Notes under the pieces: model-generated
Database searches by the model: none
Told to the model about the DNA's origin: nothing
Seen by the model: the letters and a program-made list of their open reading frames with translations, nothing else
NCBI RefSeq assembly: GCF_004010195.1
Contig: NC_057720.1
Location: 12,916,051-12,941,800, forward strand
Reading direction: 5' to 3'
Length of the DNA stretch: 25,750 nucleotides
From: Chiloscyllium plagiosum
Taxonomy: Eukaryota
Shown: positions 23,069-25,750 of the stretch, in pieces
Layout: the number at the start of each line of letters is the position of its first letter
How positions within the stretch are numbered: the first letter of the stretch is position 1
Program-made: the position numbers and the translations under genes

Positions 23069-23512
23069 CTGAAGGAAACATAAAAATCATCTCTTCAAAA
23101 AAAAGTTTGGGGTTCCTTGGCATGTTGTAATATTTCAATTTTCTTTAATGCAATATTTACATAATACTCCTTGATTTTTCATGAAATGATGAATAGGAGC
23201 TAAAGTGAAAGAATTGTAGAGATATGCTCCTTTTCTGCAATTACCCCAAGTTAGGACACATTACTTTCAATTAAACTTAAGCTGAACGGAATTGGATTGA
23301 ACTTACAGAATTTGCCACTTTGCATCAAAAATGAAGGATTTTGTGCGAAAGTAATTTAATCATCTACATTTGTGGGATTGCTGTTTCAAAATACATACAT
23401 TGACTTTGAAATTCCTATTCATTTCTCCACTCCCGATTTGTCACACTGAGAGATTGGAAAAACCATCACAGAAACAGGAAGTGTCCAGCTGTTTCCCAAA
23501 CCTCTATTTAAC

Positions 23513-23613
23513 CCCCTCATAGGCAGTGCCCAGGCTTCTGTACTTAGGCTTGTTCTCTTCATCTGCATTTTTATTCTTTCTTTTCCCTTCTTCCTTTTTT
23601 TTCTCAAACTTGC
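23513..23613 (-). CDS. Candidate internal exon (G)KFEKKKEEGKRKNKNADEENKPKYRSLGTAYEG
   Basis: Acceptor ctcactttttcag; 101 bp, phase 1 to 0. Donor GGG|gttaaa is weak, and read-through gives VK* at 23504. Confidence 0.55.
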
Positions 23614-23654
23614 CTGAAAAAGTGAGCTTCTTGGCAGGAGGCGGCTTCAATGGG

Positions 23655-23938
23655 CTCTGGACGGCAGCAGTATCTTCTGAGGCGGTATGGCTACAAAGTT
23701 GGTGGGTCAGTTGGCCTATGAAACCTGGAGTGGGCCCCTGGCAGTGGCATGGCATGGGCTGGGAAGCCCAGACTGGGACTCTTGTGATGGCATCCTGTCG
23801 CAGCAGAGAAGGAAAAGTTGGACTACCTCTAAGTTATCTTCTTTTAAATTTTTTTCTGAGCTAATGTGAATGGCACATTAATGTTAATGTAGTATACACT
23901 CTTCACTGTATTGTATATTGAATACACGTGACAATAAA
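23655..23938 (+). repeat. Probable LINE/SINE 3'-UTR fragment
   Basis: GC-rich start and terminal cttcactgta...aatacacgtgacaataaa typical of non-LTR element tails; family not assigned. Confidence 0.35.
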
Positions 23939-24007
23939 GGACAAAATGACAGATAAGACTTCTTTAAGCCTAGAACTCTTCAATGTGATGGGGTCCAGCA
24001 ACATATT

Positions 24008-24428
24008 GGGAGAAGCAATGGCCAAGTGGTATTATCACTTGACATCATTATTAATCCTAAATTCAAATCTCGAATTAAAAGTCTTATCGTGACAACTGGT
24101 TCACTAATGTCATTTAGAGAAGCAAAGTACCGTGCCTTACCTGATCTGGCCTACATGTAAGTCAAGACACACAGCAATGTGGTTGACTCTTAACTGCCCT
24201 CTGGGAAACTAGGGATAGGCAATAAATGCTGACCTGGAAAAGCACAGCAGGTCAGGTAGTATCCGAGGAGCAGATGAGTCAACGTTTCAGGCATAAGCCC
24301 TTCAAAGGGTTTATGCCCGAAACGTCGACTCTCCTGCTCCTCAGATGCTGCCTGATCTGCTGTGCTTTCCCAGCACCACAATCTTGACTAGACCATGATG
24401 ATCACGTCCTGTAAATGAATTACAAAAA
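24008..24428 (+). mobile_element. tRNA-headed SINE sharing both 5' and 3' ends with the 16978-22688 LINE
   Basis: A box TGGCCAAGTGG (24019-24029); body ctggttcactaatgtc..gttgactcttaactgccctctg; tail aactagggataggcaataaatgctga..aatgaattacaaaaaa. Confidence 0.85.
24234..24388. mobile_element. Spacer-less palindrome of two head-to-head PLE family A pLTR ends, inserted in the SINE
   Basis: Arms 24234-24303 / 24304-24373, 59/70 identical by eye. Confidence 0.9.
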
Positions 24429-24604
24429 AGGATGCTGGATGAGGTAAGGTACTGGAATATCCAAGTTGGTGGTTTACCAGTTAATTTAGTTCAGGCCTCG
24501 TGACATTTTGTACAGCCAAATAAAATGTTTCATTTGAAAACAAAACTCCCAAATTCATCTCCATTCTTCGAGGGATGATTATAGTTGTCAGGGTCTTTTA
24601 TGAA

Positions 24605-24945
24605 ATTAATTAATGTGGTGAGCCCATCACTGGTTGGACCAACATTTGCTGCCATCTCCTAATGACCCTTTGTGGGCACGTTTGTGAGCTGCTTTTGTGA
24701 TTTTCTGTAGCCTTTAGGATTTGGCACTCACAGTGTTGTTAGGGAAGCTGCTCCAGGATTGTCACCCAGCAACAGTGAAGGAATGCGGATATAGTTCCAA
24801 GTCAGGATGACATGTGACTTGGAGGGGATCCTATAATTGTTTATGTTTCCACGAATGTGTTTCTAGGTGAGAAAAGTGGTGAGTTTGTAAGGTACTGTTA
24901 AAATATCCTTGGTGAGTTGCTGCAGTACATCTTATTGTTGGTACA
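24605..24945 (-). mobile_element. Older 3' fragment of the same LINE family as 16978-22688
   Basis: Collinear with 16980-17330 (cagtgaaggaatg..ttccaagtcaggatg..ttggagggga..cttggtga.ttgctgcagt.catctt). Confidence 0.8.
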
Positions 24946-24984
24946 TAATGTTGAATGTGCACTAAAACCAAGTCTGTATCTTGC

Positions 24985-25072
24985 CAGGTTTGCTGCCACT
25001 AACTTCTTTAGTTGTAGGGTCTATAGGACTTGGTTTTCTCCTGTTATTGAAGAAAACTTCTTCCAGGTCCAA
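24985..25072 (-). CDS. Candidate internal exon LDLEEVFFNNRRKPSPIDPTTKEVSGSKP(G)
   Basis: Acceptor tgcctcttctag; only phase 0 is open; needs a GC donor (CTG|gcaaga) to join the next exon in phase. Confidence 0.45.
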
Positions 25073-25346
25073 CTAGAAGAGGCACTTACATTGAACAAGA
25101 AGTCATTTACTGCTGGTTACCTGTCACATCAATACGATTGGCATTCTTCCAGAGATTATGAGGATGACCTGGATGCTCCATAATCCTGCCTGTTCTGTCC
25201 ACATTTTACATAATGTCATGTTAGTGGCTGGTTTTTAAGGTATTCCAAAGAACTAACCCTTTCAGACTTTTGGGCCCTTATACAACAAACTGTTCCCATT
25301 GTACATCAGTGATGAAGGGAGTGAACATTTAAGATATGCCCTGGAA

Positions 25347-25750
25347 TGCAGGAAGTGCACCTATCTCCAGCTTACACTTGCAGGAAGTGCACCCATCTCC
25401 AGCTCCTCCAAGACCGTGTTAGGGAACTGGAGCTGGAGTTGGATGAACTTAGGATCATTCGGGAGGCAGAGGGGGTCATAGATCGGAGCTTTAGGGAAGT
25501 AGTAACTCCAAAGATTGCAGACAGTTGGGTGACAGTGAGGGGGACTGGGAGGAAGCAGCCAGTGCAGGAACCCCCTGCGGCCGTTCCCCTCAAGAACAAG
25601 TATACCGTTTTGGATACTTGTGGGGGGGGGCGAACGACTGACCAGGGGTAAGCAATGGGGTTCAGGCCTCTGGCACGGAGCCTGTCCCAGTTGCTCAGAA
25701 GGGAAGGGTGGAGAACAGCAGAGCAATAATAATTGGGGACTCGATAGTTC
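25347..25750 (+). mobile_element. CR1 LINE ORF1 (zinc finger/leucine zipper, start of SGNH esterase), running off the window
   Basis: CRKCTHLQLLQDRVRELELELDELR, VPLKNKYTVL, and IIGDSIV at the window end; frameshift near poly-G 25622-25630. Confidence 0.9.

Noticed and set aside
23301..23370. Minus-strand AG...GTAAGT exon-like segment
   Set aside because: Stops occur in all three frames.
24917..25183. 88-aa plus-strand ORF with a possible acceptor at 24987
   Set aside because: It begins inside a LINE fragment, has no recognisable domain and no partner plus-strand exons, and overlaps the better-chained minus-strand exon. Not fully excluded.
25084..25340. Additional upstream exon using donors at 25120 or 25089
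   Set aside because: The introns to 25072 would be 48 bp or shorter, the phases do not match, and the frames contain stops.
1..25750. CRISPR array, retron or other prokaryotic RT system
   Set aside because: There is no repeat-spacer array or operon structure, and all RT motifs are eukaryotic CR1, RTE or Penelope types broken by stops and frameshifts.

Overview
This is eukaryotic genomic DNA, almost certainly from a shark (elasmobranch): it carries HE1-type V-SINEs and their CR1/HER1-type partner LINEs. Most of the window is decayed retroelements: several CR1-clade LINE fragments, an old RTE fossil, at least four Penelope-like element (PLE) families with minimal hammerhead-ribozyme (HHR) cores, tRNA-derived SINEs and a solo LTR. 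Almost all listed ORFs are pieces or antisense shadows of these. Highlights: (1) an apparently full-length, ~3.1 kb, single-ORF (APE-RT, no ORF1) LINE that begins with a tRNA-like Pol III head and has few sense-strand T4 runs, plus a nearby SINE built from its 5' head and 3' tail; (2) a hammerhead core split by a 7-kb, four-level nested insertion (solo LTR with AGAT target-site duplication); (3) a candidate five-exon 3' end of an unidentified minus-strand host gene with consistent splice phases; (4) a 50-bp templated copy of one exon's acceptor end inside the LINE; (5) several fold-back PLE remnants centred on their HHR motifs. All calls come from reading the sequence by eye; family names are provisional.
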